Assembly: GCA_036172245.1 (NCBI GenBank)
Contig: JAYWIR010000015.1
Coordinates: forward strand, 3,348,001 to 3,412,000
Length of the DNA stretch: 64,000 nucleotides
Direction: 5' to 3'
Source of the DNA: Raillietiella orientalis
Lineage: Eukaryota
The notes below the pieces were generated by a model, which was not told the origin of the DNA, made no database searches, and saw nothing but the letters and a program-made list of their open reading frames with translations. Positions 13,681 through 26,965 of the stretch are shown piece by piece. Numbering within the stretch: the first letter of the stretch is position 1; every line of letters starts with the position of its first letter. A program made the translations under genes and the position numbers.

Positions 13681-14259
13681 CGAGCCAGTGTTGCCAGCAG
13701 ACTCGGATCGACTTGTAGGGGAAGACGGCCGGAATTCCCCTGTCCTCTTCGGTCAGTCGGTTCTACCTGCTGCCGGCGAGCACGCGTTCCGCTCGGATGT
13801 TTCAGATCGTGTGCGCATGGCTGCTTAACGCTGGCTCGCTGCGATTCTGCATCATAAAACGCTCCATCTTCTTCCGAATAATTTATTTTTTCCTCTCCGG
13901 GCGAGTATCAATAAATTTCACAGCGAGCCCGTGGATTTAGCCTTCCCTTTATGATTTCTTCCTTTATTGAGGATTTTAGTTAATGCCCGAGCCGCAGAAA
14001 ACGCGCGCTCGAAGAGTCTGTCATGGGGACCCCGCCATCCGCGGAGATAGTGAAAGATGCTTGCCATTTTCCGTTCGTCAATCAATCAAACTTCCCATTT
14101 GGTGACTTCGTGAACCTTCCGAGATCACAATGGGAAGGACTCGAGTTCAATCACAGTTTTGTCATGTAAATACCTAGGAGCCGGATACGTGTCAAGGAGA
14201 CGGATGTACTGGAACTTCGGCTTTTGCCTCGGAGGCTGCGTGGATCTGTAAAAACTTCA

Positions 14260-14370
14260 AGTCAAGAAGAGCATGGATTGTTTCCGAGCAGCTGAGGAAA
14301 AACGAGAGGCTCGTGGTGGTTTCTGGGGACACTTGGAATGGAGCACACATCGCTTCCAGCCAGAGATGGA
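14260..14370 (+). pseudogene. Decayed PPR S motif
   Basis: RAWIVSEQLRKNERLVVVSGDTWNGAHIAS resembles A..VF+.+..R.VVSWN..IA. Confidence 0.45.
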
Positions 14371-15230
14371 AACCGGCGTGTGCTCGTGCGTCAACTCGAC
14401 TTCCCACTGCCCATGCCCTAAACTGCCGATCCGCAAGTTTCGCGTGCATGTGAGATTACATGAGCGTCAGCACTCCCGTTGCCAGCATTTTTGCGAACTG
14501 CCTTTTTTTTTTTTTTTCGTGCGTGTGTGTTTTTTTGGTTAAGAGCACTGCTGCGTGGTGGGGCAGCCGTCGCCCCACCGGCACGCAAAGCACTTGAGGA
14601 CAAGTCCACATGTCCATCCGGAAAAATAAGGAGCCGCGAAGAAGGCGCCGCGACGAACATCGCAATCCTTCCTTCACTACGATCTGCTTGCAGAACTGGT
14701 TTACAAGTTTGCAGAAAGACAGGCATCCTCATCAGCTGGAGGGAGGAAGTTCTTGGAAGACCACGCGCGCAGAAGAATTCCTCGCACAGGGCTGGGGACA
14801 TCCGGGTCTCGAAATCAGCGAAGGCGTTCTGCACCCGTGCACTTGCATCCTGCCTCAAGAACTCAGGGATGTGCATCCATTTCCGCGGAGGCCGCGAAAG
14901 GCGAGCCTGACCTCTGAGGAGCGGGTCAAACCATCTGAACGGAAGGACGCATGCGATCCTGCCCTGACGACTGAGAGGCAGGGACGCCTCTTCGAGGAAC
15001 AAGAAGGTTCAGAATGAGAGCAGTCTCGGAATCTGGGAGCCTTCCTGGCCGCAAGCAGCCGTCCCCGTGACCACGACAATTTGGAAAAGCAGTCAAGTGT
15101 GGCTCTCTTCGCTACCTCGTTCCTAGAACTTTAGCAATTACCATGTCGCGCTATCATAAGGACATCAATTGAAAGCCTTATATATGTAAATGTGAACAAG
15201 AGCATTTGCATTCTTTAATGGAGAAGCTGG

Positions 15231-15600
15231 TCAGAAGTAGCCACCAGTTGGGGCCGCGAGAGATCGGAATGACCCGTGCATGTTGATGGTAGTGCCAACG
15301 ATGCGATCGTGTTGACACCGACGGTGCTCCGCTCCACAAAAGGCACCACAGAAGCGCAGGTACAAAATAACTGGGCTTCCACCGGACTTTTTCTCCACCA
15401 CACGTCGTCGGCTGCTGCTCGAAATCAACCGCATCGCCAACGTTCATGCTGAGCTGTCACGAGCTCGTTGCACGTGCGCTTCCCAAGCAACGACGAGTTC
15501 AGATTTCTGGAAAGTTCCGTCCACACATTACACTTCGTGTTCGCTGCTTTGCCAGCTAACGACCGTTTGCGAACGGGCCGAGTAGCGCTGCAGAGGTTTC
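15231..15600 (-). pseudogene. Decayed PPR fragments
   Basis: QHDRIVGTTINMHGSFRSLAA resembles D.+VGT.L+NMYG.C.SL..A. QTVVSWQS and ELVVAWEA occur upstream on the same strand. Confidence 0.55.
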
Positions 15601-16339
15601 GGCTGCTGCCAGCGGCGTTCCTAAAGGCGTGCTGTCGGTCGGCGCGAGGTTGTTTTCAAAACACAGCGCCGTCGAAGGGCAAACAGCATCATCGCTGCAA
15701 GAAGGAAGAGCGGGTGCTGGGAGAAAACTGCTGCCCTTTGAGGAAGCCTCGGTACATTTTCTAGGACGTAGGCTGCAGGAAACGCGGTGCCTGAGAGTGC
15801 AATCCTCCTTGCTTACCTTCCTTTATCCTTTACTGCCGACCCAGTTCAAGCCGAGGAAGCCATTGGGGAAGATTCCTCTGTCGGTTGTCAGGTGCAAGTA
15901 CGTTTCCTGAGTTCCGAGAGTGCTCCAGGCGAGAGGCCTGATAGAGAGCAAATCGATGGCGATCGAGCGAACCCGAAAAGAAGCGTACGAGTATGAAACG
16001 AAGGAATCGATTCTCCGGAGCAGTCTACTGTCCTGCTGGTGCTCTGCCGTCAGTACAGGAGGAGCGACCTTCCCCACCCCCGCTCATGCATCCGGGCTTC
16101 GGAAGGAACACCTCAAACCTCCCTGTTCCTAGTTTATTCGAGTTGCAGAAAAACAGAAATGTTAGCAAAGGGAGATCCACACAGCTGGTTCTGGAATAGT
16201 GGAAAAAAAAAAGAAAAAAGAAAAAAGGAACACACACGCACGATTCATTACAAGCCCTTTTAACAGTGCTTCATTTCTTTCTGACAGTTTTATTTCAATG
16301 ACCACAACATCTATCATGCACCGATTGACATTGATGCCT

Positions 16340-17000
16340 TCCCAGTAATGTCATCGCTTACCAATGCATCAACTGGGTCCTGCATCAGCAATTTTTGCAT
16401 AGATGAGGCTGAATCAGGGGAGATTAAAGGCTTTCTGTTCTCTTCAAAGTGATGGATGGTCTCGGACTGGAACCACCAGCAATAGCTTGAAGGAGTTGGC
16501 CTTACAAAGGCAACGTCTCGGCGCTCCCACGTCCTCGACGATGAGCGAACGAGATGCTTATTTCCAGGTATTCGGCTTGCGCACCTGCTTCGCGTTGGGG
16601 GCGGGAAGCGATTGGGGAAGGGACGAACGCTCGGTTGCCGCAGATTTGTCTCAGGCGCGGTGGTACAAACAGCTCGCAGGATCAGATCGTTCACGGGAAA
16701 AAAAGGGGAGCTATTTTCATCCCGTGAGCGTCCGTGGATAAGCACTCGTGTGCGGGACTCGACATGGAACTCTGGAATTCCTGGTCGTGGAGCGTCAGGG
16801 GAAGGCTCACCGCTTGCACTTCTCCTCTCTTCCTTTGAGGGAGGTGCACTGAGCAGGACCACTGCTCGAGGCACGGTACAAACAGCGAGGAACCAAAGTT
16901 CCGCTCGCACGGCGAGGTCTCTCCGTATGCAAGTGCAGATACGACGACGAGGATACTTCGAGCCCGTAATCCTCTTCCCGCATGCACCGCTGATGCCCAA
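16340..17000 (+). pseudogene. Decayed multi-motif PLS PPR gene relic (includes longest ORF, 16612-17313)
   Basis: In order: LFKVMDGLGLEP; frame-hopping HVLD / MSERD / LISRYS (~16525-16575); LLRVGGGKRLGKGR; AVVQTA; RDSTWNSGIPGRGASGEGSPLALLL (16753-16827, like RD..TWNSMI..Y...G.G..AL.L). Confidence 0.65.
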
Positions 17001-19019
17001 ACCACCGACGGGTAATTCTCCAAATCGCCAATGGACCCGTTTTTTTTCTCACTTCTCTGCGTATCCCGAACGCTTCTGGCGCAACGTGTCCATTTTGGTT
17101 GTGAGTCACGGAATGACGTGCACTCGGCCATCAGCCCCGTTTGTGGTGGAGTCCTCTTGCCCAAAGTCGAGGGAGGCATCCCCGCTCAGCTGCCGTTTCC
17201 TCTCCTTTTCCTCCATGGCTCCAGAAGCTCTTCAGCCTGAGAGAGAACGCACTGGCTTGCGTCGCCCACGGGAGGAGGGGCTGCCGTTTCAGTTTTGGTT
17301 GCGAGCGTCGTGACTCCAAGTCCGCAACATCCTCTCTTTAAAAAACGAAAGAGGCTCCTCTGCTCGAGATCTCGAACGAGGTCTCCATCCTGTCTGAATC
17401 ACGCGTCCTTATGAAATCTTTTTCTTCCTTTTACACTCTGAGCATTACAGACGTCCTTTGCTCTTGAGAGCAGTCGAACCATAGCTTGGATCCAAATCTT
17501 TCCCATCCAGTGGATGTTTTCCACTGATGGCAGAATTCATTGGATTCTTGCTTCTCGAAACACTTCGTTGTCGGTACGACCTCTGCCCAAGGTCTCCTCT
17601 GAATTCAAAACTTTGCAGTTCATCCAAGAAGTTCCCGAGTCCCTCTCGTGATCTTTGCTAGGCACACAACAAACAGATGCAGCATGTGAACTCATATAAA
17701 TCTTTAGATGTGAGCGGACTGATCAACGGGAGCTTTCCAAGAGAAACGGATCATCCTTCGTAGTCATCACGCATCATCCCTCTTAACTTATTGGCAAGTC
17801 ACAATCAATCACTTTGAAATTGACTACAAGAGTCTTTCAAGTGCACTTTGAGAACAGTCCATTTTTCCTCTCAAAACATCTCTTGCTGTCGTTTCATCCA
17901 TCATCGTGTCACCAATTTGGATGGCTGCAACGGGAGCTCGTGGTTCCAAAAGCAAAACTTATCTAGGATGTGGTGTTACATTGGTGTTTCCCTGGAACGA
18001 GAATTCCTGTGGACAATCCCCATGCCGGTTTTGGAAATTTTCGGCATGCTTTTGGAATAAGTTCTGCATCTTTTTGTTCTGCCTCTCAAACGGATGCGAT
18101 GAGTAGCCGAAACTTCTGTCATCGTAGTCCCACTGAAAGCAGCGTCCGCCTGTTCTTTTATTTGCTGATGGAGCCGAATGGAAGTCCATCATAATTTTCT
18201 TTTCCCACCGCAGAAACGGATGATGACTCCAGCAAGACAACTCCAGTAGCTCTGCTCAACAAGATCACTTTTTCAGCATTTCTGATGATTCAACCTTCAC
18301 TTGAAGGGCATCCAGAGGTCTGGTGTGAAGTGATCGTTCCTCCCATTTTATGGGACACGTGCAAGATGTCTCATTATTTTCTCAATAAGACTGCTGAGAC
18401 GCTTTTGGGACACTCGTCAGCTTCCGTCATCGCATACTGCAGTGACATCAGATGAAGAGAGTCTGCAACTGCCGTCGTCTGGCAGGAACATCATCACCAG
18501 GATCGACGCCCAGTTGTGCAGGAATTTCTTTGAGCGTGAAAATCGATAGTTTCCAGAGATGGCGTCTAATGTTGCTTGCTGTAGGTCACGCAAAGTGTAC
18601 CAATTTGATCTCTCGATTTGTCACTTCGCTCTGAGGGATGTCCACGTAATTGCATTTCATGCAAGAGACCACCGATGTTCACGGGACGAGGGACGCTTTG
18701 CAGCGCAACCTCGCGACCCGTCTCGGTCTCCATCGCAACGCACGCAGCTTTGTTGCCAACGACGAAGGCGTGAGATCTCTACCCCTCACTTCGATCTGGG
18801 CTTGGTTTTCCTGAGTATGGGGCCCTACATGGGATCTCCTCGATGCTTTGCAGATGGAATTTTTTTGTTTTTTCCTTTTTTGTCACACCTGACGTCAAGG
18901 GCGCCGACCGAGAGAGAAAGGGAGCCAGAGAGGCCCGGGAAAGGCGAAGTTCCCGCGTGGTTGCTTCGTGTTGTGTCACCATGAACTCCAGTCTCTGTGC
19001 GTTATCTGCAGTTTATTGA

Positions 19020-19400
19020 TGAGGAAATTCCAAGAGTGATGCGTTTTTGATTAAGAACAACCCAAATGTTTGCTTCGGTGAAATCTTCCGGGTTTTCATA
19101 TATAAAAGAACATGGTCGGATGGTGATGGATGGTAAAAGTTTCCCGGGGAAAGCTGACGTCTCTTCAAGACGATAAAACAGCTGCTTTCCTGGAGACAGT
19201 TCGAGAAGAATGATGCAACTTTCAGCAGAGGCGCTGTCTTTTCGCAGCCAATTATTTTCATCTCCAGGTCGAATCATTCTATCGGGTTCAACTTCTTTCC
19301 AAGCGATGATCAAAAATGCGGTCCAGGAACAGTCTGTGGGAACAGTCGCTCTTCGGTTTGCTTTTCTGAAAGCCCTGAGACTTTCAAAAATGAAAACGGG
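19020..19400 (-). pseudogene. Decayed PPR fragment
   Basis: CSWTAFLIIAWKEVEPDRM and KQLFYRLEE resemble SWTA+I.A...GVEPDR+ and AK.LF.R+.E. Confidence 0.5.
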
Positions 19401-19479
19401 AACTATAAAACTCCTCCTAAGTGCACTGAGGCGTACCTCCCCTGTGTCCGAATGCAAAGGCGGCTAAGAGCGACTGCGC

Positions 19480-20880
19480 AGAGTCCTCGAGAGTTAATGG
19501 TGAACTTGGCTACGGTTGTCTCTTCGAACGCACCTCGGAGATTGGAAGCAGGGGACCATTTTCAACACCTTGATCAGATTTCTCAACCTGCCCAGCCTCG
19601 TTGTCGTGGGTTAAGGGCGTTCCTCATCGTGGTCTTGTCTTCACTACTACGCTGGGGATCCATGCTCCCCAGAGTTTCGATCACAGCTGCTTCTTCCAAT
19701 CCTCCACTTTTTCAGAATTCTCTGGAAGTCTCATTGGAAGTTCTCCGCCCATTGGTGAGCTACTCGCTTCTGCGAGGGTTCATACAACATCTAGATTGCA
19801 TCGAATCGTTGCAGCATTTAGATTTCTTCACTCAAGTTCTTGGATTCTTCGTAGGAGAATAGGGTCAGAGACGGTTCATTTTCTGCTAATCTTTCTTCTG
19901 ATCTTTCCAAAAGGCACCTCCAACGAGTGAGAAATTGCTTCCTATTTATGCGTAGGCAGTGCCAAGGAAGCAAACGTTGAAAACTGTGCGATGGGTGTTG
20001 CTCCTCGAAGAACGGTCTTTGTCAGGAGGGCGCATCTCCACAGTCTTTCATTCAGTACCAGAGGCTTTCGTCACTTGTCCACGTTCTCTAGGCTTGAGCT
20101 GGACCGAAGGCTGGCAGAGACATGCCTGTGTACATTCGCGATCGCCCGTAGGGAGGGCACGCTAGGCGGGTGCATCCAATGGATGTTTCGGCAGTGTAGG
20201 ATGCTGGAGGACGCCACCCATCAAGTCCAGAGGGTCGGTTCTTCGTTTCGCTGATGGAGGACTACCATCAGAGCGATCGTCGCAGGTTGTCTAAGATCAT
20301 GGGATTCGGCAAACGGCGAACTATCAAGGGAAAGCAACGGACTAAGCAATAGACAGATTGCATTAGGAAACTGCATTAGGAAGGAGTTGCTGTGATCCAG
20401 AATGCCATGCATCATGTAGACTTACTGGAAGCACAAGTTGGACTGCCAGAAGAAATGTTCTTGTGAGGCCACTGTCCCGAGTGGAGGATGAAGATGCGAA
20501 GAGGACAGCAATGAAGAGTCTTGTGATCATTGGTTGCATCCTAAGCAGGTCAATTTATGAAACGCAAGCGCCAACGAATCCTTTGTATCTCCTTCTTGAC
20601 GTCTGCCTTGACTGCTTTCGAATAGTTAGCGCACGTAAGCTATTAAGACGCATTTGTTCCCCTTTTGAGGACGAGGTCAAGTCGCAGCGACTGCGCTCCG
20701 GTTGTCTTCTGGTAGCTGTGCGGGATCTCCTGTTTTCGAGGTACGGTCTCCAGTTCTCGGTGGTAAAAGTGGCCAAAAGTGGGGAAAAGAAAGAAAGAAA
20801 ACAACACTCCGCAGAGGATTGGTATCCTAAGCATGCGTGTTGGCTGATCTTCGTCCTCGGGAGTTCCCTGCTCCCAAAAA
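19480..20880 (+). pseudogene. Long decayed PLS PPR gene relic (P-L-S through S2-like)
   Basis: Ordered fragments in several frames: PLVSYSLLRGFIQHLDCIESL; AHLHSLSFSTRGF; RLELDRRLA...LGGCIQWMFRQCRMLEDA (20090-20215, like GLE.DR.LGN.L+.MY..CG.LEDA); RKLH*EGVA; SARKLLRRI; PKHACWLIFVLG. Confidence 0.65.
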
Positions 20881-21579
20881 TAAAAGGAAAAGCAGGAGTA
20901 CTTAGCAGAGGTTAATACTTAGAGTTCCTGTAGCTGGGTCGCTAGGGACTGTTGGGTGCCCAGACATCACTGCTCACGGCGAGCTCACGTCTGGACTTGT
21001 TTCCATGTCGACACGCACTGGAAATGCGACTGATGGTCACCACCCTTGCTGAAAAACAAATAAAACAGAGTGACTCTCCTGGATGGCAAAAGCAAGGATA
21101 GAAACACCCCAGTGGTGAACCTTCTTTGCTCATGTGCGGTAAAGTTTTGAAAGCCAAGTCTTTTCCATCTTTTCATCTTTCTTTACCCTCAATGAACCAC
21201 TCTGCTTGAAGCTCTGCGACTGCGGGTCCTACTTCAGGAGGGCGTGAGAAGCGAGCATCGCGACTTGATTTTCCGATTTGCTACCCTCGGTCTTCCCACT
21301 TCCAATCGATGGAGAGATGGCAGACTTTTCGACTCCGACCAGTAGAAAATCCTCGAATTCATTGGGTTCCCCACCCCGTTGCACTGAGGAGTTTATTATG
21401 AAAAACTAACAAAAGGTTACATGATTAAAGAACACGGAACCTGCAGAGATGCCGGTTAGACGACCGGCGAGGATCGGCTCGATAACGAGGGAAAAGGGAT
21501 AAATAAAAAGGAAGAAAATAAATAAAGATAATTTACAAAAATTCTTTGGCGGATTCGGGAAGGGATCACATCTCGTTTC

Positions 21580-21860
21580 ATGGAGTTTTCTGGATTCTTT
21601 CGAGGATGCTGGAAAGTTCTGTTGCACTCGTATTCCAAGTCATTGATGGGACGTGCGCCTGACCCCAAGACCTGTTTTATTGTTTGTCATCGGGATTCGG
21701 GATTCTCAGCTCCAAAACGAGCAGGATGGCAATTTCCGACCCTGTCCTCTAGTGCCGCATTGCCCAAAGCGTCTTGTGGCGTCGTCTTGGCCCTCATCTT
21801 CCTAACTGATGCGAGGTCTTTTACAGCCAAGGTCAATTCAATCTGGGGGAACTCGTGTAT
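21580..21860 (+). pseudogene. Decayed PPR P/S fragment
   Basis: CWKVLLHSYSKSLMGRAPDPKTCFIVC and LTDARSF resemble W..++.AY...G..PD..TF+.V and L.DAR..F. Confidence 0.45.
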
Positions 21861-22039
21861 GTGATGAGCTCCCCAGGGCACTTCCCGCCCTGCGCAGTCG
21901 CCCCTAAGAATCATACGAGAGAATGTCTGTGTTCTTACCGAAATACCTTTGTTTCTTTCCGCCTCTTCCGTCTTTCCGAAACTCCCTAGGGAATCCCTGG
22001 ATGCAGATTTTAAACGCCCTTTCGCTCAGCCGATCGAGC

Positions 22040-23620
22040 AGTGCTCCCTGACTCACGGAAAAATTTGAGATCTTCGAGAAAGGACGATTAGCCCAAACTA
22101 GGAGGGAAGAGCTTTGAAGACTAGACCTCCTTTTACCTCCTTTCTCATCCCAAACGCGAACGCTCAAAAAATTCTGTAATAACTCCTTGTCATCCAGCAG
22201 CTGAGAGGAAATCAGGAAGGAACCTGTTATATGTAAAGGAAACGAAGGCAAGCAGACGGTTTCAGGCAGAGCGGTCTCGTCGGGTCTCAGGGATTTCAGC
22301 TTTTCAAGGATCTCTCGTCGCATTTCCTAGGGATGGAGCTGGAGCCAACAGGACATCCGAGTGCACACGTAGATGACCCACGGAATGTCTACGCCACCCC
22401 TGACGAGAGAAGAGCGCTTTCCGAAGAATGAGCTAGATTATCCTTAAAGGTTGATCGACTAGTCGGAAAGCCTATCATCCATACAGCCAGTGGCGCACCA
22501 GATGCACAAAGGTTCATACCTTTGTGCATACCGACGAGAAAACGGCTGTGGAGTTCTCCTTCTCAAGATGACAATCGCTCCAAGACATGAACTTCTTAGG
22601 TTTTCCCCTATGAAGCTACAAAGAAGGGTTTCCGCGCATTCCTGTGCGAAGCCAAGCAGTCTTTTTCCGCTCTGTTTTTCTCCTCCCGAGAAACGGCAGC
22701 TCAAGCATCTTTCCATGATTCGCACTCTGCCTGACCGTTCAGCAGTACAAGAGATCTTGCATCTGCTGTCCACGACCAGCCCCACCGAATGACCCGGGAT
22801 GTGTGTCTCTATTGGTGGAGATTCCCAAGTCTAGAAAAGGGGCAAAAGTGACATGACACGGCCATCACACTTCACACAACCTTTTTTCCTCTCTCTGTTT
22901 TCCTTCATCCTTGCTCTTTGTTCCCGTTTCTTCCCTTCTCCTCCCTCTTCCGTTATGTTCAAGTTCTCCACTATGGATTTTCAAGTAAGGATCCTTGTAG
23001 AACACGTTGGGATGCTACGATTTAGGGGACGATGAATGTGTGACCTGATGTCCATGTTCAGCCCTTATGTGGCTGTTCAACCACCTCCTTACATCCAGGA
23101 AAGCTCCAGAGGAGGACTGTGATTCAACGAGTGAAGTTGCTGCGACTTCTTTTGTGGCCATTACAGGTGCACAGAAAGGAACATGCCAAAGATGGAACCA
23201 AAAGCACATCAGAACTTCTATGGACCGTCGATGGTGCTTTCTGGAAGGTGCTTCTTCCCAAGAATAATGAATAAGAAGGGGAGGGCACAGACAATCGAAG
23301 ATTCGTTTTTGCAAAAGAGTTCCAGATGAAGAAATGCAACGCAGGCATTCAGTAAGAAGGTTCTGTTGAAGAACATGGTGCAACTCGAACGAAAGACTGT
23401 GAATTAGGGAGGCCAAACCTGGTGAGCCACTGGGTTTGCTTGTGGCATTGGCGTTTTCGCTAGCATTACTCTATCTGGGATACTCATATCCCATCAAGGA
23501 GCATTCCATCAAGAGAATGCCATCAAAATAACCTTACAATCCAATTGAAAATAAGGATCACCTCAAGACGCTTCGCATAGGTCTCCTGCTTTTGCAACGA
23601 TAATTCATATTATTCAGAGG
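22040..23620 (-). pseudogene. Long decayed PLS PPR relic
   Basis: AKAGDLCEAS; GMLLDG / IPDRV across a frameshift (~23480-23515); LIHSLSFELHHVLQQNLLTECLRCISSSGTLLQKRIFDCLCPPLLIHYSW (23407-23258); LLGFAQ; SLRPDETAL; QLLDDKELLQNFL. Confidence 0.6.
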
Positions 23621-24699
23621 GTAATACGACTCACAGGATAATATCTGCGATTATCAAGGCTGCTTGGTGAAGCATCCGGACTCCAAGGTGGAGGCATCTG
23701 ATCTCACAGTGCAACAGTCCGTTGTCTGAGTAGCAAATCAGTTGATGCCATTTCAGATTGTTCGTTCCATCACTGTAGCTTCCTAGTCTTCAAGGCAAGA
23801 GAAGATCAGCCTACCACCCCAAGAGGAAGGATTTATTAAATCCGAGAAAAAGGGTTGCTGCTGTTGAGTAGGATCTGCAATTTTCTAAAATGGCATCGAA
23901 CTCTTCCGGATTTTTCTTTGGAAGACGGTTTGTTTACCAACAACAAAAGCAACAATAACAAAATCATTCCTCAACCTCTCGGACTCATCTCAGTCTTATG
24001 GTAGCTTCTTCCCAAGAAAGCTTTCAGCATTTCATGGTGAAACTCGTCACAAGATAATTAAAGAGCCTTAGAAGACAATGAAAGAAGCAGTCGAGAGATT
24101 CATCTTCCGCTTCGGGTTTGTGATCTTCGGCTTTGCCTGCATCTGATAGAGAGAACGTTTATAAGCGAAAAAATTCAGCGAGTGGTTTGCGACTCTTATG
24201 GGACACTCGATAGCATTCCTAACTGTGTAGAACTTTTGGAGCTTCCTCTCAAATAGAGAGAAAGTCCACTCCGTTGCGGATTCTCCTTTTCACGTGAATA
24301 CTTGCACAGAAGAATCAAAGACGGCCTCTTAGAAGGAGACAAAGCAAGCACGAGAATCGACACTGTTTGGAAAGCAGAAGTCCCCGGAAGAGCCTGGAGC
24401 GGTAGCAATGCAAAGAAATGGAGAGAATTTCCGAATGAGGATGCGGACTTCCTGCGATGAAGAAGAGTACGGTTTGGGACATCTTCGACAGGAACGTGGA
24501 CGTGAAAAATGATAAGTCACATCTCCATTTCTTCTAGTTTTTCGAAAAATCCTTTTTGGCGTAACAGACCTTTCCCTGCGTGGCACTTCGGTGAGGTTGA
24601 AACGAGGATGTAGGAAGATTGAGATGAACGTAATCCATCTGTGAGGATTTCAAGCAGAAAAGCGAACCTGGATAGATGGAGATTCCCGGTCCCGTCGCC

Positions 24700-25740
24700 A
24701 TAGTTTCCAGCTTTCTTCTCCAGTGAAACACGGAACGAAAACGGTGTTATTTGTATGAATTGAAATTCACAGGGATGGAATGCAACAGACTTTTGTTGCT
24801 TACACTTTATGATGCAGGAAACTTTTCTGCTCTGAGAGCCGGTGCGGGCGACACTTTCCATGCAGCTTCAGGCTCCCTGTGCGATGTTCATACAAATGCT
24901 CAAAGCCCTCGACGGGCTGGGAGCGCGGAAGGGCTACATCTTAGGAGGTGCCACTAAGCAGCTCTTCATCTCGAGCTCGGCAAGAGTAAAAACGAGGTAC
25001 TTTCGGGAATAGCAGACTGGGGATGACACCTTGCTGAAAAACGAGGAGTTGCTTCCGAGGGAAGAGGCTCGCCCGAATCAGTCGATCTCTGTGTACTGTC
25101 GTCATCTGAGAAGATCTCAGTAGTCGCAGCTGAAAAGGATACTTTCTCGGATCTTTAAAAAGCGAATGGCGTTTCTCGAAGGATTTCGGGAGGAAATTTT
25201 CTCCAGGGATGAAAAGGGGCATTTGCTCAAGCCGGCGGCTCCGAGACTCACCAGAAGCGCTTCCTCGATTCTGATTCGTGCTTTAGGGAGCTCAATTTCC
25301 TTTCTTTATTATATGGGAGAGGACTGGATTTACGGGATAGAAACAAAGTGGAGAAGGCGATCTCATGGATCATTTTGGCAGAGCGGGAGGAAGCGAAAGC
25401 AGCAGAGTCGGCCCGAAGTGATCCACCGATTAGGTTTCAAGGTAGGGAGTTGCATTTTTATCACTAATGAAAGGACATCATTGGATTCTGTATCACTGTC
25501 GTTTCACTTTCGCTTTCAGCCAGCGGTGCTTTTCGACTGCCGTGGAGCTCCTTCTCAAATGCTGCAGAGAACACTCGCCTCACTCTCTGGAGGAAAACGA
25601 AAACGCTATGAGAGTAGTAAATGAGCATTCTGGATACGAAGACGGTTCGACAAGAAGCTGCAGACCATCAGGGGAGCTTCACATACGTATCGAAGATGGG
25701 AAATATTCTGTCAGAAGATTCCAATGTAGCGTGATGAAGA
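24700..25740 (+). pseudogene. Decayed PPR P-L fragments
   Basis: ELKFTGMECNRLLLLTLYDAGNFSALRAG...FHA...DVHTNA resembles M.L.G+..NR+TL+T+LDAC....AL..G..IHA...DV.V.NA. Later come AFSQRCFSTAVELL / QMLQ and GELHIRIEDG. Confidence 0.55.
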
Positions 25741-26724
25741 TCAAAATGCTCCATATTATATTTTGACTGAGAGAAGCTCCACTGTCGACATGGAATGTGT
25801 GTAAATCCCTCTTCCATCTAGGGAAACCACTTGTCACACATCTGAAAAGCTACACACCACAAATAGTCTTTTGAACCGCGTTACACTTCCAAGAACCCGG
25901 CAGATCGTTGGGTACAAACCAAGGATTTCTCGCTCTCTACTGATGCTATTGTGTCTGCATCCCCAGTTGGTTCAGTCAGCTAAACTCCCGATAAGACCTT
26001 TGCATGAGGATTTTTTCGTGTGTGTGCCGATAAATCTTTAATTCTTGGGTATCAGAATTTTATGTTGAATGAGCCTCAAAAATCTCTGTTCTGTAAGCTT
26101 TAATGGATCATAGATGAAAACAGTTTTCACTCCCAAATTTTATTTGAAGTGCTTTTTGGCTCCTGATCATTGTGAAGCAGAAGCATGAAAACTAATTTAC
26201 TCGGCCCTTGTAGAGCAGCAAGATGGAGATGTTAGAAACGAGGAATTTTCCTTACAAATATTTCGCTCCTTTTCTTGAAAGTGCAGATGTTGAGTCTCCA
26301 TTTGTTCCAGAATAGGAAGAAGTCATCAGAAAGATCTTCAGGTCTTTGCCTACTGCATAGGAAGACTAGATTGAAATTCTTCCATGTGCTGTTGATGTGC
26401 GTCTATTTAATTTCATTTAGATTCTAGTCTTTGAGAAACTGGCGATGAGTTGGCCAAAGAAGTGCAGCTTTCATCAGATGAATCCAGCTTTCGTTCGAAG
26501 AGGAAGAATCGAAATATGCGTCGTTCATGGTTCATCATCTTTCATGGAGTTTTTTCTCATTTCTCCGCATCTCCATGCGTTCTGAGTCTTAAGCTAATTT
26601 TCTGTGAAGGCTTTCCCGAGAAATGTTCCTTCTCGTGGTCTTGGTAATTCGCTCGATTGAGCATGCCACTTTGCTTCGGATGCGGAGATCAGCACCTCAT
26701 CCCTCTTCTGGGAATCTCTCTTCT

Positions 26725-26965
26725 TGGAAAACGAGCGAAAGATCTGTTTGTTGACATGCAAAGCCTGTTTTCATGGGAAGCAGGCTTCGGAAGTAAATCG
26801 GAGCCGAAGTGATCCAGAGGAGCAGCCTGACGAGCTCAGAGTGCTCACAAGAGGCATAAGACCTGGGAGGAAGGAGGAAAACCAGCAAAAAATGCCTCAG
26901 AGATGCAGCCCGTAGAAACTACTCATAGGAAAATGGCTATGGAAAGTGGAATCCTGCCACTCTCC
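26725..26965 (+). pseudogene. Decayed PPR S-to-P fragments
   Basis: 26732-26782 translates RAKDLFVDMQSLFSWEA (like AK.LF..M..RN+FSW.A), followed by RVLTRGIRP and RKMAMESGILP. Confidence 0.6.

Noticed and set aside
16314..17313. Longest ORFs (228 aa minus, 233 aa plus) as functional CDS
   Set aside because: They overlap in a GC-rich patch. The plus ORF has no ATG start and holds only broken PPR-like pieces that continue in other frames, and the minus ORF is its antisense shadow.
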